DNA of 63,597 nucleotides, the filler included, from Octopus bimaculoides (Eukaryota): assembly GCF_001194135.2 (NCBI RefSeq). It is 9 parts of 8 records of this genome, joined end to end, with 100 filler letters (N's around TTAATTAATTAA, not from the genome) between each part and the next. Parts side by side here need not be neighbours in the genome. Positions count along the whole stretch, not along the records: positions 59,031 to 63,597 come from NC_069002.1; 8 more parts are not named here. The stretch is one strand, 5' to 3'. Below are positions 62,848-63,597 of this stretch, in pieces. Position numbers and translations under genes: made by a program. The notes under the pieces are model-generated. The model saw nothing but the letters and a program-made list of their open reading frames with translations. It searched no databases and was not told where the DNA came from. Position 1 is the stretch's first letter, and each line of letters opens with the position of its first letter.

Positions 62848-63141
62848 CTCATCATTTAGTACTGCATTATAAATGTATTACTACAGTAGGGTAACAGACT
62901 TGCTTGGAATCTCTCAGTTGAATTTAATTNNNNNNNNNNNNNNNNNNNNNNNNNNNNNNNNNNNNNNNNNNNNNNNNNNNNNNNNNNNNNNNNNNNNNNN
63001 NNNNNNNNNNNNNNNNNNNNNNNNNNNNNNNNNNNNNNNNNNNNNNNNNNNNNNNNNNNNNNNNNNNNNNNNNNNNNNNNNNNNNNNNNNNNNNNNNNNN
63101 NNNNNNNNNNNNNNNNNNNNNNNNNNNNNNNNNNNNNNNNN

Positions 63142-63174
<33 letters not shown>

Positions 63175-63279
63175 TATTTGTAGATATAGATACAGGCATA
63201 TATGTACATACATGCGTGTGTGAGTGCGTGTGTGTGTTTAGATGTGTCTGTATCTGCTTCGGTATGTATTACACACGCG

Positions 63280-63430
63280 TTTCGTTTAGTGATCAGGGTG
63301 TTACACTAACGGTTGCAGGATCGTCGTTTCGATTCCCAGAATGGCGATGCATCGTGTTCTTCAGCAAAACACTTCATGACACGAATGTCCCAGTCGACTC
63401 CGCTGTAAATCGGTAATTTTCCCATGCTTT
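63280..63430 (+). mobile_element. SINE family D 5' part, degenerate
   Basis: gtttcgattcccag...gtgttcttcagcaaaacacttc...cagtcgactccgctgtaaat. Confidence 0.6.
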
Positions 63431-63551
63431 AAAATCATTCGAAAGCTACAACCATGCAAGAATCGCATTGTGACCAGCAGTTTATAATAGTATCCGATTA
63501 TCTGATCGACACAGTGATATGGTGTTACACACGCACACATACAAACATAGC

Positions 63552-63597
<46 letters not shown>

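Overview
AT-rich, gap-riddled eukaryotic genomic DNA, dominated by microsatellites and decayed transposable elements. The repeat landscape resembles a coleoid cephalopod (Octopus-like) draft assembly; this is inference from pattern recognition, not a database match. There is no complete host gene. One convincing 126-nt phase-1/phase-1 exon lies on the minus strand (5103-5228) and encodes a 4-Cys FnI/VWC-like module, so at least part of the window is probably intronic. Recognisable TE relics: four mariner copies (two with both TIRs), two Tc1 pieces, an IS630-like transposase, a Penelope GIY-YIG end, an RTE fragment with a PHD-like finger, three L1/Tx1-clade pieces, several MITEs/foldbacks and many tRNA-derived SINEs. 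The most interesting signal is a set of short interspersed repeats from at least two, probably three or more, unrelated families carrying minimal type-I hammerhead ribozymes with palindromic stem III (9.1 kb, 44.0 kb, 59.6 kb; degenerate at 19.4 kb and 13.1 kb), i.e. Penelope pLTR/retrozyme-like elements. Nearly all ORFs in the supplied track are artefacts of microsatellites or N gaps. No rRNA, true tRNA or CRISPR array was seen.
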